A stretch of DNA of 63,591 bases, counting the filler, from Malassezia furfur (Eukaryota): the NCBI GenBank assembly GCA_052055015.1. It is 20 parts of 20 records of this genome, joined end to end, with 100 filler letters (N's around TTAATTAATTAA, not from the genome) between each part and the next. Parts side by side here need not be neighbours in the genome. Positions count along the whole stretch, not along the records: positions 44,865 to 47,914 come from JBQJIT010000815.1; positions 48,015 to 51,061 come from JBQJIT010000816.1; positions 51,162 to 54,208 come from JBQJIT010000817.1; positions 54,309 to 57,354 come from JBQJIT010000818.1; 16 more parts are not named here. One strand, written 5' to 3'. A program made the position numbers and the translations under genes. Of the stretch, positions 44,866 through 54,362 are shown one piece after another. The notes under the pieces are model-generated. The model ran no database searches and was not told where the DNA came from. It saw only the letters and a list, made by a program, of their open reading frames with translations. Numbering within the stretch: the stretch's first letter is position 1; every line of letters begins with the position of its first letter.

Positions 44866-44994
44866 GCCGGCGACGATACCCTGCCCGGCGCGGCGCCGCG
44901 TACGCCGACGTCGCGCGCACCGACGACGGCGTCGCGCTCGCTCTCGAACGCGGTGCGGCGCACGAGCGACGAGATGCGGCTATTGGGTCTATAG
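44866..44994 (+). CDS. C-terminal fragment of an unidentified protein
   Basis: Open frame 'AGDDTLPGAAPRTPTSRAPTTASRSLSNAVRRTSDEMRLLGL*' from the contig edge, converging on OTU2 with an 11-bp gap. Confidence 0.4.
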   Translation, partial: AGDDTLPGAAPRTPTSRAPTTASRSLSNAVRRTSDEMRLLGL

Positions 44995-45005
44995 ACGGGC
45001 CGTAC

Positions 45006-45714
45006 TTAGGCGGCCTGTGCGGGGCGCAGCGAATTGTAGTGCTGGGTCAGCGATGCGTGCGCAACCTACCTCGCCCAGGCCAAACTGCTTCAGATGGTAC
45101 GAGATGAGCAGCGGCGCCTTGTGCTCGCCAAACGCCTCGTCTTCGATCTTGACGATCGGCATGCCGGGCTGCACGACGTGGATCGGCGTGTGAAAGACGC
45201 GCGCGAGCGCGAGGATCTCGGGCTGGCCGCCCCACGCCGACGTCGACTCCATCGCGTCGCAGTACTGCAGAAACTTGGCCTCGCGCGAGTCGCTTCCGTC
45301 CGCCGCGACACCCGCGTGCGTCTCGTCGAGGTCCGAGATGAACGGAAGAAAGTCGGCGCTGTGCTGCCGCATGTACTGCGCCGCGGCACGGCGCAGCATG
45401 CGGTAGTCGTACGGCTCCGGCGCAGGGTACCGCACGTTGAGCTGGTCGGCAATCGCCGCATACAGGCTGCGTCAGCGGGCGCACACGCACCAGTGCCCAT
45501 CGGGCGCGATCTCGTGCAGCTCGACGTGGAGCGACGCCAGCGCGGCGTCCAGCGCACGCTTCTCGTCCTCCGCGGCATGTTCGTCGGCGTCGCGCACCTC
45601 CTGCTCGGCCTCGGCCCGCTTCTGAGCCGCGGCCGCGTCGCGGCGCGCAAGGCGCGCTTTCTGGCGGCTCATCTTCTTGGGCGGCGCATTGGGCGCGTCG
45701 GTCGACCGGTACAT
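45006..45714 (-). CDS. OTU2: OTU deubiquitinase Otu2/OTUD6; introns at 45467-45490 (24 nt) and 45042-45069 (28)
   Basis: Spliced Cys box 'IAPDGHC|LYAAIADQL', 'AWGGQPEILAL', His box 'FGLGE|HYNSLRP'. Confidence 0.9.
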
Positions 45715-45827
45715 GCTGCACGCCTGCCAAGCCACGCGCGCTCGGCCGCAGCGCCTGTATTATATGTGGAGGCGGCGCGCGCCGCGCGCCGGGTCGAGTT
45801 CGCGTGCCTGCCTGCCTGCCTGCCAGC

Positions 45828-47286
45828 CTACTTGCATCGCGCCTGCACGATGGCGCTACCGTGCTCCTCGTACTCCTGCTTGCTGATCCACAGCTGGTGG
45901 AAGGTGCCGAGACTCGCGAGGATGCTCCCACCGAGCCATGTCGCGTGCCGCCGCTCGGTGTAGTTGCCGGGCGAGTGGATCTTGATCCGCTGGCTCGGCG
46001 CCGCGACACTCAGCTCGTAGCTCAGCCGGTCGATGAAGCCGGGCACAAATGTCCCGCCGCCGACGCACACAATGTTGCTAAACATGGCCGCGCGTGCATC
46101 GACGTCCACGGCCTTGGCCGCCTCGAGGATCAGCTCGGTGAGGCCCACATAGCCGCTCTTGCGCGCAGGCAGCACGCCGGGGCTCGACGCGTACAGGCTC
46201 GGGGTGAGCACCGCCTCGGGCGCCTTGAAGCGCAGCGGGCCGTATGCATCGTTGTACCCGTCGGGGAACTCGTACATCTTGGTCGGGCGTGCCGCGGCGT
46301 GCGCAGCGTCCCAGGGCGCCTCGAGCGTCTGGCACATGGCCTCCTTGAAGTCGTCGAGCAGCCGCATCGTGTGGTATGCACGGAACGACGGCGCGCTGTG
46401 CTGCAGCCGGTCCTCGCGCAGCGTCGCCTGCGGCGGAATCCCAGGGTCCACGGGCTTCTTCGACTTGACCAGGTACTGCGGCACGAGGCTGTCGCTCAGC
46501 CACCCATGCAGGTTCTTGTCCTCGCTCTGCTCGTGCGTCAGGCCCCACAGCACCGCGCGCGACACGGCGTCGCCGCCGTTCGGCTGCGTGTGGATGCCCT
46601 TGCGCAGCACGAAGCCGTCCACGACGGGGATCGCCGAGACGTGCGACGCACCGACGTCGACGACGAGCGACGTCGGCCGCCCGCTCGCAAACGAGCTCAG
46701 CACCGTGCGGTTCGCGAGGTAGAACGCGGGCACACCCAGGCCCTCGAACGCGACCTCGGCCATCTTTTCGCGCACCGCCGTCGGATTCGTCGGCGGCTCG
46801 GTGAGCAGCAGCGGATTCTCGCGCGCATCGACGGACAACACGTCCATCGCGTGCTGCGCAAGCGCCTCAAACGCCGACGCGTCCTGCACTGCCAGTCAGC
46901 CGCGCCCAGCGGTACGCACCTATGCCGTCGGCGTCAAACGGCGTGTCAATCTCCAGATTCGGGCGCCAGTACGACACGCCCGCGTCGCCCACAAACCGCT
47001 TGCGCCCACGCGCTACATCCAGCGACACGCCGCGCGGCAGCTTCGGCTTCGCGGGCTCCTCGCCGGCCTCGGCCATCGACACGTCGCCGTCGTCCGCCGC
47101 ACCGTTCGCGCTCGGCGCCGAAGCGCCGGCCTGTGCGCGGTCCGCGTCGCTCAGCGGGAGCCAGCCGTAGTGCGACGGGAACAGCGCCCGCGGCTGGTCC
47201 TCCCCGGCCCAGCCGCCACGGAAGAGCGATGTGCCGGGGTCCAGCACAATCGCGTTGATCTCATCGCCGCCGTACACGCCAGGCAT
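45828..47286 (-). CDS. ARP4: Nuclear actin-related protein Arp4 (BAF53); 31-nt intron at 46889-46919
   Basis: 'VYGGDEINAIVLDPG', 'GWAGEDQP', spliced 'DGIV|QD', 'LLLTEP', 'YEFPDGYN', 'WLGGSILASLGTFHQLWISKQEYEEHG'. Confidence 0.94.
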
Positions 47287-47356
47287 CGTAGCGCAGGTAG
47301 CCGTGCCGACAAAGTCACGTGGCCGACGTGCGCGCCCGCGGCTCGCCTGCTGCACC

Positions 47357-47914
47357 ATGCTCCCGGCGCGCCCGCACGACGCCGGCGTGCGCGCAAGCCC
47401 GACGCGCACGCCGCATCTGCGCGCGCATGCGCCGCGCGAGAATGCGTCGCCATTCAAGCGCGAGCTCGGCAAGGCGCCGTCCGCGCCCTCGACCTCGCAC
47501 GCCGCACGCAGCGCATTCTCGGACAAGACCAACGCCTCGCCGTCGCCCGCGCGCGGCACCGCTCCGTCGCCGTCGAAGCGCAGCGGTGCAAGCCCGATCA
47601 AGGGCGCGCCCGTACCGTCCACGGCCATGAAGTCGGCGTTTGCGCGCCACAACTCGTTCGTCACGCCCGCGGCCAACATCGGCCGCGCGGGGCAGATCAA
47701 GGCGCGCCTCGGCGAGCTCCACGACGCGGCGCGCACGCCGGCCGCACAGCCAGCGCACACCGAGCCCACACAGGACGTGTCGGAGGACGAACTGTACCCG
47801 GAGATCGAGTCGATGCCTACATCGCACGCCGCGCCCTACGTCTTCCCCGCGCAGCTCGACGGACTGCCGCGCGCGGCCGACGCCGCACGCCTCCTCGCCC
47901 ACGCGCCGCTCCCG
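47357..47914 (+). CDS. Disordered protein with a D-box-like motif and a securin-like 'YPEIE' motif (candidate securin), 3' truncated
   Basis: 'PRENA' (KEN-like), 'RSAFSDKTN' (D-box-like), many S/T-P sites, acidic 'SEDELYPEIESMP'. Confidence 0.55.
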
Positions 47915-48014
47915 NNNNNNNNNNNNNNNNNNNNNNNNNNNNNNNNNNNNNNNNNNNNTTAATTAATTAANNNNNNNNNNNNNNNNNNNNNNNNNNNNNN
48001 NNNNNNNNNNNNNN

Positions 48015-48799
48015 CGGGGTGGGCGTGATGTAGAGTTTCGCGAGGGTCCTGACGCAGGGGCTGATGAGGGGGCAGGTACTGAGGCGTTGGAAGGTGCCGC
48101 AGGTGCCGTGGATTTGGAAGGTGCCGCAGGTGCCGAGGCTTCGGAAGGCGCGGAAGGTTCCGTAGGTGCAGAAGGTGCAGGAGGTTCCGACGGTTCCGAT
48201 GGTGCCGACGATGCCGACGGTGCCGAGTTGCCCGGCGCACCGCCTGACGCACCCTGCCGCGGCCCTTCCTCTGTACGTCTTCCCTCGTCCTCCTTCCCCG
48301 GCGCCTGCCGTACATATGCGAGCGAGCGCATCTGCTGCCGGAGCGAGTCCAAATCCACATCTGTATACGCAAAGTCGACCAGCTTCCCATCGTCCTGCAT
48401 AAGCCCTACACGCACCTCGAGAAGCTCGTCGAGCCGGATGGCCACTTTGGTGCGCCGAACACGCTCGGCGTGTGGATCGAGGATCCATTCGCCGTGCTCG
48501 AGCAGCGCGTGTCCACACCGCCCGCACACCGGCCATGCGGCTGTGAGAGCATGTACTGAGGGCGGCTGTGACGTGCCTTGGACCACGTCGAGGTCTGCGG
48601 GCGGCACGAGGCCAGGGCATGCACATGGCGCGGCGCCCGGCACGGTGACGGGCGGCATGCGTGCGTACGGCGATGCGTCGTCCGGCGCGAGGTGCCAACC
48701 GTGTGCACACGGTGCGTGCCGCGCGACCTTGAGGAGCGCCGATGGCTCTGTGCACGAGCGAACGTCGGCGATTCCCCCCGCGTACACAAACGGCGGCAT
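48015..48799 (-). CDS. N-terminus of a probable Gcn5 acetyltransferase (PCAF_N-like Cys/His domain), 3' truncated; in-frame 21-nt intron at 48395-48415
   Basis: 'LKVARHAPC...CACPGL...CGRCGHALLEH...RRTKVAIRLDELLE|DDGKLVDF...SLRQQM'. HAT and bromodomain are not in the contig. Confidence 0.6.
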
Positions 48800-48863
48800 G
48801 TCCGGGCGGAGGTACGCGTGTGGAGGCGCGAAGATTCGCGCGCAACTCCGCTCTCGTAAGGTC

Positions 48864-49932
48864 ATGTGGGCGCTCGTGCTGTGTGGTGTCGCGACGTGCA
48901 TTGTGAGCATGTGGATGCTAGGGAAGCGCAAGGTATGGGACCCGCGCGGCAAGGTACGTACCGTGCACTGATGCAGCGTGTGCTCGTCACGGGCGGGTCG
49001 CAAGGTCTGGGCCTGGCGCTTGCGCAGCTGCTGGCGTCGCGCGGCGCGCATGTGGTGATCTGCAGCCGCACCGAAGGCAAGCTGCAGGCGGCGCTACGGG
49101 AAGTCGAGGCTGCGCGTGTGGATGCGTCGCAGGAGCTGCAGTACGTCGCCGCGGACGTGTCGACGTTTGCCGGCGCGCAGCAGGCGCTGGCCGCGTGCGG
49201 TGCGGTGCCGGATACCGTCTTTTGCTGTGCGGGCGGCGCGAAGCCGGGCTATTTTGTCGAGCAGGTCGAGGCGGACTTTGAGGCGGCGGTGCGCACGGAC
49301 TACTTTACGGCGCTGTCGACGGCGCATGTACGTTGCACGACTGACGCAGGCGAGTGCCAAAGCGATGCGGGCGCACCACGTCGCTGGGCGTATTGTGCTG
49401 GTGAGCTCGGTGGTGGGCATGATGGGCTTGGTGGGCTATGCGCAGTATGCGCCGATGAAGTTTGCGATTCGGGGTACGTGTGGTGCTGACGGCGCAGGCC
49501 TTGCCGAGACGCTGCGTTCCGAGTTCCAGCTGTATGGACTGCAGGTGCACTGCTACTGCCCCGCGACGATCCTGTCGCCCGGGTTTGACGAGGAGCAAAA
49601 AACCAAGCCGCAGGTGACCAAGGACATTGAGGAGGGCGACGAGCAAAAGACGCCTGCGCAGTGTGCGGTGCACCTGCTGCGGGGGGTTGAGCGCGGCCGG
49701 TTTTTGATTACCGATGGGCTGGTCGGCTCGCTGCTGCGTGTCACGACGAGCGGGAGTGCACCTGGGCACGGCGTGTTGGTGGATACGCTCCTGGCGGTGC
49801 CGGCGCGGGTATGTGTGGGATCTGATGCAGGTATTGTTGCTCGGCTGGCGGCGGTTTATTGCCGACCGGATGGTGGTCAAGGCCGGGGGTGCCAAGGGTG
49901 CAGTGGGTGCCGCCGCGGGCGTCGCAAAGTAG
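48864..49932 (+). CDS. TSC10: 3-ketodihydrosphingosine reductase Tsc10/KDSR; introns at 48954-48976 (23 nt), 49328-49349 (22), 49474-49497 (24) and 49809-49830 (22)
   Basis: Spliced 'WDPRGK|RVLVTGGSQGLG...LSTAH|ASAKAM...YAPMKFAIRG|LAETLRSE...PATILSPGFDEEQKTKP...VPAR|VLLLGWRR'. N-terminal TM segment, SDR YxxxK. Confidence 0.9.
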
Positions 49933-50130
49933 AAGGTAGTCGAGGGAGGCAGCCAGAGCCCATTGCCAGGGTCTGGTGGAGAGTCGTTCAGGCCGGCTGA
50001 GGGGGGCGAGCTGAGCCGGGGTGTTGGCCGGGGTTGGCCGGCTGAGCTGAGCGTACAAGGGGGGAGTTGGTAGGTTAGGTCTGCCAGGGCCAGCCTGGGC
50101 CAGCCTGGATCTGGCATTGACCTGCATGTA

Positions 50131-50391
50131 GGCCTGCCTGGGCCTCCTTACCCTCTCTATGGGCCTGCCTGAGCCTCCCTAACTTCCCTGTGCGCTTGCC
50201 TGGCCCTTTCTCGGCCTTCCTAGGCCTGCCTGTTCCTCCTTAACCTCTCTGTGGGCTTGCCTGAGCCTCCTCCTTAACCACTCTGTGGGCCTGCCTGGGC
50301 CTCCTCAAGCCTCTCTGCGGGCCTGCCTGGGCCACCCTAACTCTCCCTGAGGGCCACCCTAGACCTCCCTAACCTCCCTAACCTCCCTGTG
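50131..50391. repeat. Degenerate ~31-bp minisatellite, about 7 units, ending in (CCTCCCTAA)n
   Basis: Units GGCCTGCCTGRGCCTCCYTAACYTCYCTGTG start at about 50131, 50162, 50193, 50223, 50254, 50288 and 50320. Confidence 0.85.
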
Positions 50392-50602
50392 CGCCTCCCT
50401 GCGCCTGCCGCGCCCGCGCCGTGCGCTCGGCTTGCGCACCATTCACACTGCATGCTGCTCCCATTCCACGGGGTGCCAGGGGTGGGTCACGTCGATCTGT
50501 AGCCCTATGTACAAATTTTTTTTTTTGGAGAAACGAGGCGCGCGCAAAAAGCGGCGCGTGGATGTGGCTCCGTGCGTGGCGCAGCAGCCCGCGCTGCACC
50601 CG

Positions 50603-51061
50603 CTATGCCGGCGTGCCCGACGAGTCGCGCGTGTCGCTCTGTGCGCCACAGGAGCCCGCCTCGCTCTTGTGGTGCCGGTTGAGTGCGTCGAGGCGCGCAA
50701 ACGTCTTGCCGCAGCTCTCGCACGCATACGGCTTGATGTTGAGGTGCAGGTTGTGGTGGCGCTTGCAGTCGTGCGTGCGCGCAAAGCTGCGGCCACACCC
50801 GGGCCAGTCGCACTTGAACGGGCGCTGGTCCATGTGCGAGCGCATGTGCCCCCGCAGGTTGTACTGCCGCGTAAACGTCGAGCCGCAGTCCGGGAACGGG
50901 CACGTGAACAGCGCCTCGGTCTTGCGGCGCAGCGCCGACGCCGCCTGTGCGGCGCTCGTGGTGACGACCGGCGTGCGCGTCTGTGCGGCGGTCTGCACCG
51001 GCGGCCTGCCTTCGGGCGACGACGCGGACGTCGAGCTGCCCGGCGACAGCTGCGGCGCCGA
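50603..51061 (-). CDS. Crz1-like C2H2 zinc-finger transcription factor, C-terminus only
   Basis: Three fingers: 'FTRQYNLRGHMRSH', 'FARTHDCKRH', 'FARLDALNRHHKSEAG'. Confidence 0.82.
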   Translation of the reverse strand, partial: SAPQLSPGSSTSASSPEGRPPVQTAAQTRTPVVTTSAAQAASALRRKTEALFTCPFPDCGSTFTRQYNLRGHMRSHMDQRPFKCDWPGCGRSFARTHDCKRHHNLHLNIKPYACESCGKTFARLDALNRHHKSEAGSCGAQSDTRDSSGTPA

Positions 51062-51162
51062 NNNNNNNNNNNNNNNNNNNNNNNNNNNNNNNNNNNNNNN
51101 NNNNNTTAATTAATTAANNNNNNNNNNNNNNNNNNNNNNNNNNNNNNNNNNNNNNNNNNNNG

Positions 51163-54100
51163 CGCCTGCGCGCCTGGCTGCACCCGCGCGGCGCGGGCGG
51201 CGACGAGGAGCTGGTCGCGGTGTCGCCCAAGAGCTTATCGCGCATTGCGTCGCGCGAGTCGTCCGTCGCGGACGCCGACGCGCCCGGCGTCGCGCCGACG
51301 CCGGCGCTCGGCGTCGCACTCGACACCAACTTTGACCGCCTCGACGACATTGTGGACATGCGGCGCGCGCATGCGGTGCCGTACGAGCAGAGCATCTCGC
51401 CGACGCAGACCGACGTGTCGCCGACGCGCACCGGCTCGCCGCTCGCACAGACGGCGTCGCCGATGCTCGTGACGCACTCGCCGCGGCTGCGCTCGCGCTG
51501 GTCGACCGACTCAGAGACGCCGCGCGTCATGTACTCGCGCCGGTCTTCGAGCAGCCAGCGCAACTCGAGCGTGGGCGCTGACGCGTGGGAGTGGCGCGCG
51601 CGCAATGCGCTCGGCGCCGACGCCGACCGCCGCGAGAGCGCCGGGTCGTATATGACGATCGACTCGCTGCGCTCCGACGCGAGCCACGCGCGCACCGACG
51701 AGGTGCGTGCGGCGCCCGCGCTTGCAAACGCGGTGCCGCGCGTGCTGCGCGCGGACGCGAACCGCTCGACGTGGGCGGCGCCGGACTCGTGGGCGGTGCG
51801 GCCGCAGGACGAGGCACAGAGCTCGCTGCGCAACGTCGGCGGCGAGTATGTGGACGGCGACGACGACGCCGCGGTGTCTGGGCGGCCTGCGGTCGAGCGC
51901 TCCGATACAGACACGTCGATGCCGACGTCGATCATCGTGTACGACCACCACCGCAGCGAGACGCCCTCGTCGCTGGGCAGCCAGACCGCAAGCAGCGCGG
52001 CGTGGCCCGACGAGCCGCACCGCCGCTCGTGGCTCTTCTCCGGGCGGCGCAGCAGCAAGTTCGACGCGCTGTTCGCGCCCGAGCTCGCCACCTCGTCGCA
52101 CGCACGCACGCGCAGCGCCGACGAGACGGCGTGGGCGTCGATCGAGGAGCCAGTGGCGCGCCCCCACGCGCACTCCCACGCGCACTCCCATGCGCACGCA
52201 CACGCACACGCGCACCCCACGCCGTCGCCGCCGCGGCACCTGCACCCGTCGGTGCAGGCGCACGCGCACCATGCGGCGCGGCGCATCCACCGGCACGTGG
52301 TGCATTCGCCGCACCTGCCGTTCCGGCGGTTTGTGCGGCGCAGCGAGGCGCCCATGCGCAGCGAGCCGGTGCACGACGCGGACGGGGATGCGCCGGTGCC
52401 GCGCGCGACGGCGTGGCACTTTTCGACGCGGCGCCGCGGCGACACGGCGGCGATCGAGGCGGATGCGACGCCGATGCCCGTGCACCACCCCGAGCCGCTC
52501 GCGGAGACGGCGGTGCCGCTGCACGCGGGCCATGCGAGCTGTTTCCTGCGCATCTACCTGCAGGACGACACGTTCCTGCGCATCTCGTGTGCGCTCGAGA
52601 CGACCGTCGCCGAGGTGGTGTATGTGCTGGCGCGCACCCTGGGCCTGGGCGACGCGCACGGCTACGGGCTGTTCCTGTACGAGAAAGGCGCGGACCGGCC
52701 GCTGGTCGCGAGCGAGCGGCCCGCGCGCATTTTGCGGCGGCGGCTGGTGCAGGCCGGCTACAACGACACGGACGAGCTCGACCTGCTCGGCGGCAAGGAC
52801 ATGAGCTATCTGCTGCGCTTCGTGTTCCGCCCCGACCGCATGCGCATGCTGCAGGGCCCGTCGCTGGATGCGCAGGAGCAGACGTACAAGCACCTGAACC
52901 TGCAGAGCATGCACCTGACGCTCATCCCCGTGCTGCTGTACAAGCACGCGGACTGGATCGTGAGCCTGGACCTGTCGATGAACCCGCTGACGGACCTGCC
53001 GCTCGACTTTGTGCAGCGGTGCACGCACCTGCGCATGCTGCGCCTCTCGGCGCTGGCGCTCAAGTGGGTGCCGCAGAGCGTCGCGTCCGCGACGACGCTG
53101 ACGCACCTCGACGTGTCGACGAACCGCATCGCCGAGCTGGCGCACATTGCGCTCAACGCGCTGCCCGAGCTCAAGGGCCTGCGCATGCTCAACAACCGGC
53201 TCGCGCAGCTCCCGCCGTACACGCCGCAGCTCTCGGCGCTCACGACGCTCAACCTGTCGAACAACTGCTTCGACACGTTCCCGGTGGCGCTGTGTGCCGT
53301 GCCGCACCTGCGCGACCTCGACCTGTCGTTCAACACCATCGCCGAGATCCCCGCCGAGATCGCGCAGCTCACGCAGCTCGAGCGCCTCGTGCTGATGGGC
53401 AACAAGCTGAGCCGCGTGCCCGACGCGGTCCTCGCGCTGCAGGCGCTGCACACGCTCGACGTGCGCAGCACCAACATCCACTGGCTCGGGCGCGTGCTGG
53501 CCCTCCCGCGGCTCACGACGGTGCTGGCGTCGCGTAACTTCATCACCACGCTCGACTCCGAGGTGGGCGGCGCGCTGCGCACGCTCGACCTCGCGCACAA
53601 CCCGTTGAGCCGCGCGCAGCTCGTCGCGCCGAGCGCCACGACGCTCACGCAGCTCGACCTGTCGCACGCGAACCTCGCGCGCCTGAGCGACAGCCTGCTC
53701 GGCTCGCTGCCCGCGCTGACGCACCTCACGCTCGACCACAACCAGTTTGCGACGCTGCCGCCGCTCGACGCGCTCGGTGCGCTCGAGCACCTGTCGTGCG
53801 CCGCGAATGCGCTCACGCACCTGCCCGAGTCCATCGGCGCGCTGCGTGCGCTGCAGCGCCTCGACGTGCAGAACAACAACCTGCGCGCGCTGCCCGCGAG
53901 CGTGTGGCAGTGCGCGAGTCTGTACGCGATCAACGCGAGCTCCAACGTGCTCGAGACCTTCCCGGCGCCGCCGCCTGCGCCGCGGCCCGCCGAGGCGGGC
54001 GCGCCGCGCGCGAACCCGCTGCGGTACAGCCTCGTGCTGCTGCGCCTCGCGGACAACCGGCTGACGGACGAGGTGTTCTCGGTGCTGGCGCTCCTGTCGG

Positions 54101-54208
54101 AGCTCGAGGTGCTGAACGTGAGCATGAACGACCTGTACGAGGTGCCGGGCGGCGCGCTGCCGCACCTCACCGAGCTGCGCGAGCTGTACCTGAGCGGCAA
54201 CAAGCTCA
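51163..54208 (+). CDS. CYR1: Fungal adenylate cyclase (Cyr1/Uac1), internal part with RA domain and LRRs
   Basis: 'WAAPDSWAV', RA domain 'FLRIY...ERPARILRRRLVQAGY...DMSYLLRFVF', many LRRs, 'LADNRLTDEVF', 'LRELYLSGNKL'. Confidence 0.92.
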
Positions 54209-54362
54209 NNNNNNNNNNNNNNNNNNNNNNNNNNNNNNNNNNNNNNNNNNNNTTAATTAATTAANNNNNNNNNNNNNNNNNNNNNNNNNNNNNNNNNNNN
54301 NNNNNNNNTGCCGGGCGCCTTGGGCGCGGGCGACGAAGAGGACGAAGAGGACGAGGAGCCGG

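Noticed and set aside
3262..47914. Apparent cell-cycle/mitosis gene cluster (BUB1, CDC23, CDC5, CDC10, securin-like, BRH2, RDH54)
   Set aside because: The genes lie on different contigs joined artificially. Only within-contig pairs (CDC23-RDH54, CDC5-BRH2) are truly adjacent.
50131..50391. 31-bp periodic repeat as a CRISPR array
   Set aside because: Units are contiguous and degenerate with no unique spacers, there are no cas genes, and the host is eukaryotic.
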